In this document: in pieces, positions 51,062 through 64,000 of the stretch | How positions within the stretch are numbered: the stretch's first letter is position 1 | How the letters are laid out: each line of letters starts with the position of its first letter | Assembly (NCBI RefSeq): GCF_001194135.2 | Contig: NC_068992.1 | Location: 68,293,222 to 68,357,221, forward strand | Length of the DNA: 64,000 nucleotides | Reading direction: 5' to 3' | From: Octopus bimaculoides | Lineage: Eukaryota | Translations under genes and position numbers: made by a program | Notes under the pieces: generated by a model | Seen by the model: only the letters and a program-made list of their open reading frames with translations | Told to the model about the DNA's origin: nothing | The model's database searches: none

Positions 51062-51510
51062 CCATGGACTTCTTGCGTCAGCACAACATCAGAAGCATGC
51101 CGTGGCCGGTTCTCAGTCAGGATTTGAACCCAATTTAAGTCAATTGAAATCTAGAGACGGCTGGACCAGATGGTCCCAAGGCCGACAAATCGTGTGGAAC
51201 TCGAGGCAGCTTTCCTCCGTGTGGGGGCATAGGTGCCAATGGCTTTCGTGAACCACCTCATGTACTCCATGTGCCGACGCTGTGTGGCTGTTTTGAACAC
51301 CCAGAGAGGGTATGCAGGTAATGAACTGGCACGCCCTACAATCTCGATGTGCCAGCTCCGACCACTACCAGAACAGTTGACGATGACCCATAAGCCGTGG
51401 TCGAAGTGCATCCAAGAAATTGACTTCATCAGATTTATCAAAATTTATCTCTGACATAATGAAATGTAAACATATTACACAGTCATACACGTCTCGCGTT
51501 TTTTTTGCGG
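51062..51510 (+). mobile_element. Tc1-family transposon 3' fragment
   Basis: MDFLRQHNIRSMPWPVLSQDLNPI (WPxxSPDLNPIE motif), then PTNRVELEAAFLRV...MAFVNHLMYSMCRRCVAVLNTQRGY (Tc1 C-terminus), with frameshifts. Confidence 0.85.
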
Positions 51511-51837
51511 TTCTGTCTGTGTGTGTGTGTGTGTGTGTNNNNNNNNNNNNNNNNNNNNNNNNNNNNNNNNNNNNNNNNNNNNNNNNNNNNNNNNNNNNNN
51601 NNNNNNNNNNNNNNNNNNNNNNNNNNNNNNNNNNNNNNNNNNNNNNNNNNNNNNNNNNNNNNNNNNNNNNNNNNNNNNNNNNNNNNNNNNNNNNNNNNNN
51701 NNNNNNNNNNNNNNNNNNNNNNNNNNNNNNNNNNNNNNNNNNNNNNNNNNNNNNNNNNNNNNNNNNNNNNNNNNNNNNNNNNNNNNNNNNNNNNNNNNNN
51801 NNNNNNNNNNNNNNNNNNNNNNNNNNNNNNNNNNNNN

Positions 51838-51870
<33 letters not shown>

Positions 51871-52366
51871 TTATATATATACGCGTGTGTGTATAAATAT
51901 GTGTGTATATATGTATGTATACGTATATACATATGTGTATGTATACATATATATGTATGTATGTGTGTGTATGTGCATACACACACATATGCGCGCACAC
52001 GTTTTGAAAATCTAAAAATAGCTAGAATCTCATACATACAAACGTTCTCTCATCTAGTCTCTGATAATCCGCATTATTCACTAGGTTTTCCCAAAAGTGA
52101 TAAATTTTCATGTAAGACGATGTTTTGTTTTTTTTCTTGTCTTTAGTTTCAGTTTTTTTTTTCAACGTATCAAGACATTACTAAAAGGTTTTCTAAAATG
52201 AATGTGTATTCATAGTTGCGTGTGTATGCACAAATACACAGACGCACACGCACACACACACACACACATACACCTGCACCTGCATGTTTATGTACGTGTA
52301 TACATGCATGCGAATATGTATTTGTATGTATATTTACGTGTGTCTATGCATATGTGCATATCAGAA

Positions 52367-52433
<67 letters not shown>

Positions 52434-53288
52434 NNNNNNNNNNNNNNNNNNNNNNNNNNNNNNNNNNNNNNNNNNNNNNNNNNNNNNNNNNNNNNNNNNN
52501 NNNNNNNNNNNNNNNNNNNNNNNNNNNNNNNNNNNNNNNNNNNNNNNNNNNNNNNNNNNNNNNNNNNNNNNNNNNNNNNNNNNNNNNNNNNNNNNNNNNN
52601 NNNNNNNNNNNNNNNNNNNNNNNNNNNNNNNNNNNNNNNNNNNNNNNNNNNNNNNNNNNNNNNNNNNNNNNNNNNNNNNNNNNNNNNNNNNNNNNNNNNN
52701 NNNNNNNNNNNNNNNNNNNNNNNNNNNNNNNNNNNNNNNNNNNNNNNNNNNNNNNNNNNNNNNNNNNNNNNNNNNNNNNNNNNNNNNNNNNNNNNNNNNN
52801 NNNNNNNNNNNNNNNNNNNNNNNNNNNNNNNNNNNNNNNNNNNNNNNNNNNNNNNNNNNNNNNNNNNNNNNNNNNNNNNNNNNNNNNNNNNNNNNNNNNN
52901 NNNNNNNNNNNNNNNNNNNNNNNNNNNNNNNNNNNNNNNNNNNNNNNNNNNNNNNNNNNNNNNNNNNNNNNNNNNNNNNNNNNNNNNNNNNNNNNNNNNN
53001 NNNNNNNNNNNNNNNNNNNNNNNNNNNNNNNNNNNNNNNNNNNNNNNNNNNNNNNNNNNNNNNNNNNNNNNNNNNNNNNNNNNNNNNNNNNNNNNNNNNN
53101 NNNNNNNNTGAGTACATATAATATTGCGTCTAATAATATAATGCAATGGGGCTATACAATAATTGCTATGGCTGATTTATCACTAAAACTCCGATTAAAA
53201 CGGCTACTGAAATAAAAGTGGCGACTAGCTATAAGTGCTTCATTATTGAGCAGGTAGATATGGTACTCTCTCCCTGTCTCTCTTTCCT

Positions 53289-53354
<66 letters not shown>

Positions 53355-54164
53355 TGAATGCATGCTCATATATGTATGTGTGTGAGGGAGAGAAAGAGAG
53401 AGAGAGGTGTTGAATAGAAATTCTGTTTATGTGTGCATTTACAATTTTCAAATTTCTGTAAAGTGGAGTAAGAAAAACACAGTTCACTACCTGAATGTCG
53501 AAACAGATATGATCCTGAGACACATTCTATTTCTGAAATCGGACTATATATACAAGGGCACAAAAGGAAAACAACCAGAAAATTGAGAGAAACTGGAATT
53601 TCGTCGGGTTTTATAAATTAGAGACAGGAGAAAAATATCCCAGGAAATGTTAGTATTAGGTTGAGCCATATCAAAATTGAAATGCTTAGTATTTGTGTGT
53701 ACCCTAACCACGACAAAGAGACAACAGTTAAAAATAAAAGTACATGTTTAACTCGTCTCTATTTATATCAATTTTTACTGAATGCACATCAGCAATGGAT
53801 CTTGAAGGAGAAATCCACCAAAGGTCATCATAAACTGATGATAGTATTAGCGGTAATAGGGATGATAACGCTTATGATGTTCGTGGTGTAGTAGTGGTGG
53901 TGGTGGTGGTGATGGTAGTGGTGGTAATGGTTCTGGTATTTATTGTGGTGATAATGTATATGAATATTTGTGTTGCGAAAAGATAATGAGAAAGAAGAAA
54001 ACAGAAGACGGAAGGAAAACATCCGCTACTACTCGTGACAATAGCAATAATTATACTTTCTTTCACTGCCACAAGGGGACATTCATAGTCGAACAACGTT
54101 CTATACTGCATTACAGGAGATTACAAAAGACAAGCGTTGGATAAAAACAAGATAAATGAAAACG

Positions 54165-54281
<117 letters not shown>

Positions 54282-54704
54282 GACTATAAATTGAATTAAC
54301 GTAGTAAATCGATAGAAATATATTTAAAGTACAAGTGAGAGTATAAGTAATTTTAGTCTCACCAAAATAAGTCCAAACGCCCCAGCGTCTTTTGTGATCT
54401 ACTCTGTCTGGAGCAGAGACCAATATTATTTCGTCCCAAAAAAGAAAGTGGCGTGTTAGGGTGCTGAGATGAACAAGTGATCCTAGCTCTTCTGCTAATT
54501 AATCACACACACATACGCGCGCAATTAGGTACAGCGGCAGAAATTTTGGTAAAAGGAACGGTCGTTATATTGAAAGAAGTACGTGGCTGGTACTTTTTTT
54601 TACTGACCCAGAAGGATACAAGATAAAATCAATCACTGCCGGTTTTGAAGTCTGGACACAAAATAATGCAACTAAATACGGCATGCCAATTTGTTAGTTG
54701 TTCT

Positions 54705-54760
54705 AGCGACTAAATCCTTGTGAGTGTATATCGTAGACGGAAACTGGAAGAAGCCTGTCG

Positions 54761-54813
<53 letters not shown>

Positions 54814-55005
54814 ATATATATATATATATACATACATATATATATAACTGGTGTTGTCTCCATAACCCAGCATTTCATCAAAAGAGACCATTGGGATAAG
54901 TACTAGGCTTTAAAATAGAAAAAAGGCGGTTCATTCGACTAAAAGCTCTTCAAGACGGTGCCTCAGGTTGGCTGTAGTTTAATGCCTGAAACAAGTAAAC
55001 GATGA
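54705..55005 (+). mobile_element. SINE family B, diverged, with internal (TCTA)n(TA)n
   Basis: CCTTGTGAGTG...GTAGACGGAAACTG.AAGAAGCC.GTCG...ATAAGTACTAGGCTT...CTGAAACAAGTAAA. Confidence 0.7.
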
Positions 55006-58000
55006 GAAATACAGTCTATTCAACAATTGAGTATACACTATTAGTGTAAGTGTTCACATACTCTAAGTATTTCCCCGTCATTACTTGTAAACAATAACAC
55101 CATTAGTATTAATCTTGTATGAGGTGGCATGTACAGTTCTTTCATCATGCCTGAAAACGCTATCGTAATGAACAAAGAAGCCATTTATGCGTTCCCTTGG
55201 CCTGCTAGAATTAGCAAACAAATCGTCAGGTTACACCGTATCATCTTCAAGAAGGTTATATCTGATATTGTGGTTAGAGATGGAATTCTTTCGACTAGAA
55301 TTTTGTCCGAGAAAGAGTAGCGTGGAGCTAAACAGCTACAACGTATCAGTGTGTGGATAATTTGTTAATTGCTGATACAAAAGTTTTAAAAAAGATTTCG
55401 ATCAGGAATTCAAAGCTTGAGAATATTTTTAATGTTTGATTGAGTGGAGAATAATAAGTATGAATGAAGTTAACTGGACGTGTGGTAGAAAGTAGAGAAA
55501 CATTCCCAAAATGTGGTCTGTCTCTGCAGATAGTGACAGCGAAAACTGGTAGTGGTGATCCTGGTGACGGGTTTAGGCCCACTACTGGAATACAAAGAAC
55601 AACTCAATGTTTGTTAAATACTATTTTCAATAAGAAGATTGTTCAATACTAGTTTTTGCAAAATGTAATGAGTTGAGGAGACAAAAAATAAATTAGATTA
55701 ATTACTTCCATGCCAGCATTGAGATCTGTCGTGCCAGTGTATGAGGTGAAATATCATTACAGTCATCAAGATAAGGTCCAGACATGTTCGATGCTTGACT
55801 TAATAAAATAAAATATACAAATTGTGTTATATATGTACTGTGTGGTGCTAAAATGAAGAATCAATAGTTCTAACTGTAGCATTGGTAGTTTTGAATCATT
55901 AAACATTCCACGTACATTGTACACAAAAAGAAAACAACATCGCTGGAGCTTCAGAGAGGACAAACATTTATTTACTTCTTGCTTATTAATCGATTAGAAA
56001 AATAAATAACTGCTAATCTGATGGTGGGGGGGGGGGGTTCCCCCAAATGTATGAACTTCCGACTTTCGTTGTCTTCTCTCTTAGGAAAGATATTTTATTG
56101 CGTGTGGTGGGGGTCGGTATTTTAATTGATCCTTATATTATAGTGTTATATCAGCCTATTTCAGTTGATTAAAAATAACTGGCAACAAAGCACGATTTGA
56201 GTAGTATATATAATAGGGTATCAAGATCACTTGTCAATGTATTTCACCAAAGTAGCTACTTGCTATGTTCCAGTAGACGATCAACTGTAAATGTTTCGAT
56301 TATTTTGGCTGTTGCTCTGATGACTTTATAGTTGATTCTGTATTATGTCTGCGTTAAGGGGTCTGTTTATTGTCTTCCAGGCACTTCTTGCTTATATATA
56401 GCTACTAGCTAATATATCTAATATTTCATCAATTTATTGAATCGATGAGAGATCCACTACGTGGTCATGGCCTGCCAAAAATAGTACCTCATCTCCCACA
56501 AATAACAACCCATGTTAACTAATATAGCCTTTGTTACTCATAAATGAGCATGACAAACATGGTTGCGTTACTTCCTTTCCTAATTTTTTTCTATCAAACT
56601 TAACTTACAGTTATGAACCAGCAACAACATATGAGTATTTGTGTAATTAAAAAGAAAAAGATTATTAATTTTAGAATTATATACAGATGTCGTGATGGAT
56701 AAATATTAGTATAAGCATGACGGGATAATTTTGCTTGACAGGATAATTTTGAGATAAACCTGCTATTTGTAAATTACTAGTAACATACGCGAAAATTCCA
56801 TGGTTGTTTTGAAAACTATAAGTTGACTGGAAGTTTATGGCAACCAGGAAATATAGAATGTACTTTGAAATCTAACTTTGTTAGAAACATTTGGTACTTT
56901 AAATGATATAAAATACATCTAGGTACTTTTGAAAGTGTGGTCTTATAAGGCAGCATTTCTGAGATCTTTAGTCCTTGTTATATATCCGTCACATCTTCTA
57001 TGATGAGAGTTGTTATCTATTATTTTCACTTTATGTCAGTATTACTTGATGTGACGAAATGACAAACATTGTCTGTATTATTATTATGTTGTTATATGAC
57101 TACCTTGCTAAATCTTTAACAAATTCAAAATCACTGGATTACATTCTTGTTTTCATATTTGAAACTTGACGCCACAGTCCCGGTGGACGAAATATAATTG
57201 TCCTGAGGGACGAAATATAATATAATATTCAAGAGAAACAACAAGCAATCCAACAAACTTTCGCACACTTTCCTTTAATACAGTTTGAAACAGAGGGCTT
57301 GGGCAGACCCTTGGCATGTTACATTGATACTTGATTCTGTTGTTCATGCAAGAAAACCTTAGGAGAAAGATCTCGTAAGGTTCACGAGAAATATACACTC
57401 CGACCTGATAGAGCGCATCCAAGATTTCATCTACCAAAAGGTATTCTTTGAATACAGACGATGAAATTGAATCAGCATATAAAGGAATCAAAACTAGTTT
57501 GAAACCCAGCTATGAAAGTTCCTGACAAGTACTGTTGTTCAACGATACATCGACAGAGGAACTAGTTAACAAATTGAAACGCACTATCCGAAATAAAGCG
57601 TTGAATCAAAGCAGAAGAAAAATCAGAGGCATTGTATCACTATGAAGTCTTTTACAATTAAGAAACGACAATGAGCACCTACTCCGTGTAGTCGCTCACT
57701 ACCATAGATAATGAGCAAAATTTAAAATGGAGTGTTACACAGGTGATACAGTGAAAGACTACACAGGGAGAGACTACAACCTATGTAGGAGACATGGCCT
57801 GCGGTATAGATTGAAATGATTGCAGAACACTAGCAAGAATACAACTAGCAGAAACAAATACCCTTTATGTTCTGTTATATTAGAATCAAAATACTTTCAC
57901 TCATCAAAAAGACTACAAAACCCGAATTGTCAGGCATTCCGTTCAGTTCTATATTCAGGTTCATATGTGATCGGGGTACATATTGTCTCAGGATATTGAT

Positions 58001-58210
58001 AATTTTCTTATTTATGGAAGTACAACCTTCATTTAAACCCGACTGACTCAAGTATCATAGAATCCATCTCATTCTGCTTACACATGAAGGCCGGAAATGC
58101 AGGGACGTCTGTATTTCCTATGATGACTAAATACTTTAAACTCTAAATATCTGGGGGGGGGGGTTCTTTCGTACATACCATTCTTATATACGTGCGCACT
58201 CCCCACCCAC

Positions 58211-58245
<35 letters not shown>

Positions 58246-59330
58246 CCAGCCATCCACGGCTACACATCAGTATAGTGTCCTTTGCCAAATTTTACTTTCA
58301 AGATCTGGTGAAAGGACACTGTATTAGTACGCAAGTACACATACGCAAAAACAAACACACATCATATGTGTGAATGTGTGTGTTGTTATGTTTCATCAGA
58401 GTGTGGTTAGAAGCAATAAGAACGCATTTTATTTGGAGTTTCATTTCCTTTCTAAAATAATATTGACGTTTACATCTAACACTTCACTACTTATCTTTAC
58501 TTTTTGGAGTCATATTCTTTTATTTACGCTTGTACAAAACTAAATCACTGGCAGTAATTTCCTTTATACATGGTATATGCGTAAATTTAGTTACATCTAT
58601 AGCTAAACCCGTAAGTAGTACACTTACCCGGGAGACCGTACCAAGCTTTAGAAACGTTTTTCTCTGTCGTTAGTGAACGCACAGTATAGATCTAATCAGA
58701 GACGAATTGCAAACTGATCGATATATCAGTTGAACTCATAGCTATTATATAATTTCTAATACCTAAATTGTTTTAGAATTGTTTTTCATAACAATTTGTT
58801 GATGATGCATATAAACATAGTAACTTCTATAATATTCATTTTCTATCTTTCTCATTATATCAGTCATTAATTATATTTCATATTATCTCACGACTTAATA
58901 TTTTTCATTTCTCGTATACGAATCAATATTTATTTAAAAGATACATGTATGTGTGAGTTTGTATATATATATTTATATATATATCATAATATATTATAAA
59001 AAGCTGTACACATTTAAGAGGNNNNNNNNNNNNNNNNNNNNNNNNNNNNNNNNNNNNNNNNNNNNNNNNNNNNNNNNNNNNNNNNNNNNNNNNNNNNNNN
59101 NNNNNNNNNNNNNNNNNNNNNNNNNNNNNNNNNNNNNNNNNNNNNNNNNNNNNNNNNNNNNNNNNNNNNNNNNNNNNNNNNNNNNNNNNNNNNNNNNNNN
59201 NNNNNNNNNNNNNNNNNNNNNNNNNNNNNNNNNNNNNNNNNNNNNNNNNNNNNNNNNNNNNNNNNNNNNNNNNNNNNNNNNNNNNNNNNNNNNNNNNNNN
59301 NNNNNNNNNNNNNNNNNNNNNNNNNNNNNN

Positions 59331-59377
<47 letters not shown>

Positions 59378-61021
59378 ATATATATTTATATATATATCAT
59401 AATATATTATAAAAAGCTGTACACATTTAAGAGGCTTCATCAAAGACGCTGTATTGGAAGTGAAAATTATGTTCGTGCGTGTAATTTATTTTTACTATTT
59501 AAGAATACAAATATAAAATGTATTCACAGTAGATTCTTTCTTAATAGAAAAGAATATTATGGACAATGGAAGACTGTCGTCGCACTTGACTACACATTCG
59601 TGAGACGTTAGTTTCAACATGAAACAGAGTACCAACATGATAAAACTTATAAATAACTGTTACCCTTTATTTTATGTAGAAAGATATAACTGGAATATTA
59701 ATTTTCTGTCAATTTTACTAATCATTATTGCATAATACGCATACACATAACTACATCTCACCGTGTAATTTCAACATCAGTTTATTGAACACAATATTTC
59801 AACTTCGCATCGAAATGCGAAGAAGCATTTCTTATATATTTTGTAATATAGTCCGTCTTTCGATAAGTAATCTAGTGAAGTCATACCTTAGTGTGTACCC
59901 TATATAAGGAATGGCTATATCAACATAGATATATCAATAAACGTAAGAATACAGACAATTCATGCTTAAACATACACATATTTTTTTTATCATACATTAT
60001 AAAACTGTTTTAAAATACATAAACACATGAATGTGCGAGTGGAAGCATATATATATATATATATATATATANNNNNNNNNNNNNNNNNNNNNNNNNNNNN
60101 NNNNNNNNNNNNNNNNNNNNNNNNNNNNNNNNNNNNNNNNNNNNNNNNNNNNNNNNNNNNNNNNNNNNNNNNNNNNNNNNNNNNNNNNNNNNNNNNNNNN
60201 NNNNNNNNNNNNNNNNNNNNNNNNNNNNNNNNNNNNNNNNNNNNNNNNNNNNNNNNNNNNCGTTTGTAGAAAATATATACATACACGCACTCATATATTT
60301 ATACATACACACACATACGCACACACATGAAGGAGCATGGTTTTTCTACAGACATGCATGTTTATGAGTCCAAATACGTTATTTTGTCCTTTTCTTTTTT
60401 CATTTTAATCTACTTAGAAAAAATACTCAAAAGACCAAATGAGTATCTAGAATTATAAAACAGCACGACGCCGCATGAAAGAAATGGTTTGTATTTAAAT
60501 CCCACCATAGACGTCCTCATCTCTTCTAGCTAGTTGAACAATACGAACAACTAGCTAGTGCTAGCACACCGTTGAGATTTCGGTGAGGGTTGCGGTGGTA
60601 GTTGCCAGGCAAGTGATAACACTTGCTAATATTCAAGCGAAAGTGGAGTTGTCAGACAAGACATATTCACGCGCATCTACCCACAGATTACGATCAAATA
60701 ACAAATGGCCGATGTCTTTAATTAAAAATGATAGACCGATTGATTTTTTTTTTTTCTTTTAGCTCCTATTTCCTATTGAACTTATTTAAGAACGGTTTGA
60801 AAGGAAATGTAGAAGTAAGATATATATTGAGTACTACTAGACTGACGAGAATAGAAGAATATTACCAGGAGTATCTCTATTCAAGTTAAACACATATCGC
60901 TATTGAATATGTATTTGTTTCTGTGTATATTTAAATATAGACATTTGTATCCTTCTTCTGTGTATATTGACCTATTAATAAAAATAAAAACATACTTGCT
61001 CAGAAACACATATATTGAAAA

Positions 61022-61056
<35 letters not shown>

Positions 61057-61446
61057 GTGTTGTGTGTGTATCTATATGTGTACGTGTCTCTGTACGCAGA
61101 CATACGAAACATGCCAAGCAAGTACTTCATTTTGAGTTCGATCCCACTTAACGACAAGCTGTGTCTCTAACGGTTGCAAGTAGGTAGAAACCTACTGAGG
61201 GAAACTTGGTAATGTATGTGTGTATAACTGTTTCTGTCTCTGCGCTTGACACAACACCGCCGGTGAAAGGCAACACCAGTGGCGCAGCCAGATGAGTTTG
61301 TAGAACTTGTAAAATATACATCGAAATATGTACCAATACACAATGTCCATATTGGGATTACCAGGGTAGACAAAACCCCATGGAAGGAGTGTCCCAGCTT
61401 AACTTCTGTACAATTAGGAATTTAAAAAATAATTTCAAAATGTCCA

Positions 61447-61493
<47 letters not shown>

Positions 61494-61499
61494 CATAGA

Positions 61500-61530
<31 letters not shown>

Positions 61531-61959
61531 CTGAAATGTTCTTGGCTATGGACAAAAGAAAATACAGAAGTACCAGTTAATTATGATTTTATTAAACATA
61601 TTCACACACTTATTGCAGACCTTCAGCTTTTCTAAGCCCTATAAAATAACTCGGGATGTTGGGCCGCAAGCCACGCCTTTCGCGATACACTTAAAGCCAG
61701 GGAGTTTAAGGGTATCATATATATAAGACTAACTAGTAAATTTCATCAAGATCTCTTCCTGTTTGATGTCAGTTTTGGCTTTAGTTGATAACAAGCAGGT
61801 TTATAATTATATATATGAGTGTGTGTTTTTGTGTGTATCTTTAAATGAGCATAGTTACAATCATAAGGAGTCATCACGTCCAACAGTTAACATTTCATTC
61901 GGAGTACACATTCTGAAATAGTCGAACTCTTCTCAGGAATACAAACGAATTCCAAAACG

Positions 61960-63113
61960 TGTGTGTACGTGTCGAAATAGGAGGGACGACGAACAAAAGC
62001 TCGAGAATTTGGCTAATATAATCTATCAGGAATGAAAGAAAAGATTTGGACTTGAGACAACAGGGAGTGGAGAATCGACGGCAAAGGGCGGACTATCGAG
62101 GAGAGAAAGACGAATTGCAAATATATGAGAGGAGTAGAAAATATTCAGAATCAGATGCAGGGATGTAGACGAGGAGGAAAGAGAAGGATTAGAACAACTA
62201 TATGATGAGATAAAAAAAAAAAGAGGCATCGAGAACAACTAAGAAAGGAAATAAGGAAGAACAGAAGAAAGGAGAGAGAAAAGAACTATCGTAGTTTTGC
62301 AAACAATCCATATAAATGTGCTAAATGTTTGTTTACTGAAAGTAAGAACGGAAGATTAGATTGCACTAAAGAAGAGCTCGAACACCATCTTAAAGGGTCA
62401 TACAGCGACACAGGTACAAATAAAGTACTCCCAGAAATGCACGGGCTGAATTCGATGTGAGTGACATCAGACAGAAATAAATTTTTGAGTTCATTAGAAA
62501 AGTGATGGTAGAAAGTTCACCAGGGAACGACGGAGTTAGCTACAAGTTTATAACTATTGCCCGGAAATGCGTTTACAACTATTTGCATTGATAAAAGAAA
62601 TGTGGAAGAATAAAGACATTGCAGAGCGATGATGTATAACTGAAGGTATCTATTTACCTAAAGAGAAAGAGACAAAGAGATTAGGATAATTCAGACCCAT
62701 TTCACTGCTAAATATCGATGGGAAGATCGTATTTGGAATTATTACCAGGCGAATCATATGATTCGTACAGCTTAACGGATAGGTTAATGAAGCAATCCAA
62801 AAGGCTGGGATCCCTGGGTGCATAGAACATTTGCTATCTGGGAAGCTATCAACTGTTTAAAACAACTGAAGAAAATCCTGTACATTGCATGGCTAGATCT
62901 TGCCAATGCATATGGATGTGTTCCACACTCACTAATTCAAGCAGCTATGGACTTCTTTTGGATTCCAGATGTTCAACGAATGCTCATGTGTTACTACAAT
63001 AAATTGAGGATGAGATTCACAGCAGGAACGTTCGCATTGGAGTGGCAACGGCTTGAAATAGGTATTGCAGCTGGGTGCAAGATACCAGTCATCTAATTTG
63101 CGCTAGCTATGGA
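61960..63113 (+). mobile_element. HERO-clade (R2 group) non-LTR retrotransposon RT fragment, pseudogenised
   Basis: KLENLANIIYQE*KKRFG...FANNPYK...SSPGNDGV...FRPISLLNIDGKI...IQKAGIPG..CIEH...WLDLANAYGCVPH...WQRLEIGIAAGC. Confidence 0.85.
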
Positions 63114-63265
63114 TATATATATATATATATATANNNNNNNNNNNNNNNNNNNNNNNNNNNNNNNNNNNNNNNNNNNNNNNNNNNNNNNNNNNNNNNNNNN
63201 NNNNNNNNNNNNNNNNNNNNNNNNNNNNNNNNNNNNNNNNNNNNNNNNNNNATATATACGCGCAC

Positions 63266-63425
63266 ACATTATTTACATTCGGTGGATATTTGTCCCCATC
63301 TTGTTTGTTGTTAACACAACGTTTCGGCTGATATACCCTCCAGCCTTCTTTAGGTGTCTTAGGGAAATTTCGAACCTGGGTTCTCATTTCCTAAGGTATT
63401 TTACGATGTTGTTATCATTATTATT

Positions 63426-63456
<31 letters not shown>

Positions 63457-63540
63457 CTGTTCAGGTCACTGCTTGGAATCGAACTCAGAATCTTGGGTTT
63501 AGTAGTCAGCGCTCTTAACCACTACGCCATATGCCCGTGG
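63266..63540 (-). mobile_element. composite element P2 (tRNA-like head + AAT/AAC spacer + hammerhead-bearing Penelope-type tail), left copy
   Basis: A box TGGCGTAGTGG (63529-63519) and B box GTTCGATTCC (63484-63475); tail is the reverse complement of 63610-63761. Confidence 0.8.
63314..63357 (-). ncRNA. minimal hammerhead motif (P2 left), G5A core substitution
   Basis: acac-CTAAAGA-A-GGCTG-gagggtatat-CAGCC-GAAA-CG-TT-gtgt; palindromic ACGT helix III, GUU triplet. Confidence 0.7.
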
Positions 63541-63795
63541 GTGTAGTGGTTAAGAGCGCGGGCTACTAAACCCAAGATTCCGAGTTCGATTCCAAGCAGT
63601 AACCTGATTAATAATAATAACATCGAAAAATACCTTAGGAATGAGAACCCAGTTTAGAAATTTCCCCAAACACCTGAAGAAGGCTGGAAGGTATATCAGC
63701 CGAAACATGGTGTTAACAACAAACAAGATGAGGACAAATATCCGTCGAATGTAAATAATGTACATAATTCCTCATCTCTTAAATATAAAACTATA
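63540..63795 (+). mobile_element. composite element P2, right copy (head truncated in the A box)
   Basis: GTGTAGTGG...GTTCGATTCC (63584-63593), (AAT)n and a tail about 35 nt longer than in the left copy. Confidence 0.8.
63670..63713 (+). ncRNA. minimal hammerhead motif (P2 right), cleavage triplet mutated
   Basis: acac-CTGAAGA-A-GGCTG-gaaggtatat-CAGCC-GAAA-CA-TG-gtgt; core intact, but helix III is ACAT and position 17 is G. Confidence 0.7.
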
Positions 63796-64000
63796 AAACA
63801 TAAACAATATTCTCTTCTCAACAATCCCCACAAAAAACATGTTTTCTATAAATGAAGAGGCTGTTTGTACATTCACAAAATTGTATTTGACAAGTTCTAG
63901 AGAGGAACGAAAGCGCTAATAATAATGAAATAAAAAGTTTTTTTTCCAAAATTCTGACGACATTGTTTCTTATATATTTACACACACACACACACACACA

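Noticed and set aside
58968-59431. ~47-bp direct repeat flanking a 309-N gap
   Set aside because: Most likely two haplotypes or an overlap joined across a microsatellite gap.

Overview
Eukaryotic, AT-rich, repeat-dense animal DNA from a short-read draft assembly, with 11 N-gaps, nearly all flanked by microsatellites. The SINE, LINE and Penelope repeat content points to an octopus genome (inference from recalled repeat families; no search was run). Only one protein-coding exon is well supported: the first coding exon of a cationic amino acid transporter (SLC7A CAT/slimfast family) on the minus strand at 45126-45243, ending in a perfect AG|GTAAGT donor. No downstream exon could be recognised. 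The rest consists of about 20 copies or fragments of one tRNA-headed SINE stacked in (AAT/TTA)n tracts, other SINEs, fragments of R4/Dong, HERO, CR1-like and RTE-like LINEs, a mariner, a Tc1 fragment and microsatellites. The most notable signal is a set of minimal hammerhead-ribozyme motifs from three unrelated sequence families (about 3 kb, 40.8 kb and 63.5 kb), each at a head-to-head inverted-repeat locus. One family joins a tRNA-derived Pol III head to a hammerhead-bearing Penelope-type tail. The motif at 40.8 kb has a fully intact core at the tip of a ~60-bp stem, in sense orientation within the putative transporter intron. Almost all ORFs in the supplied track are artefacts of microsatellites or N-gaps.
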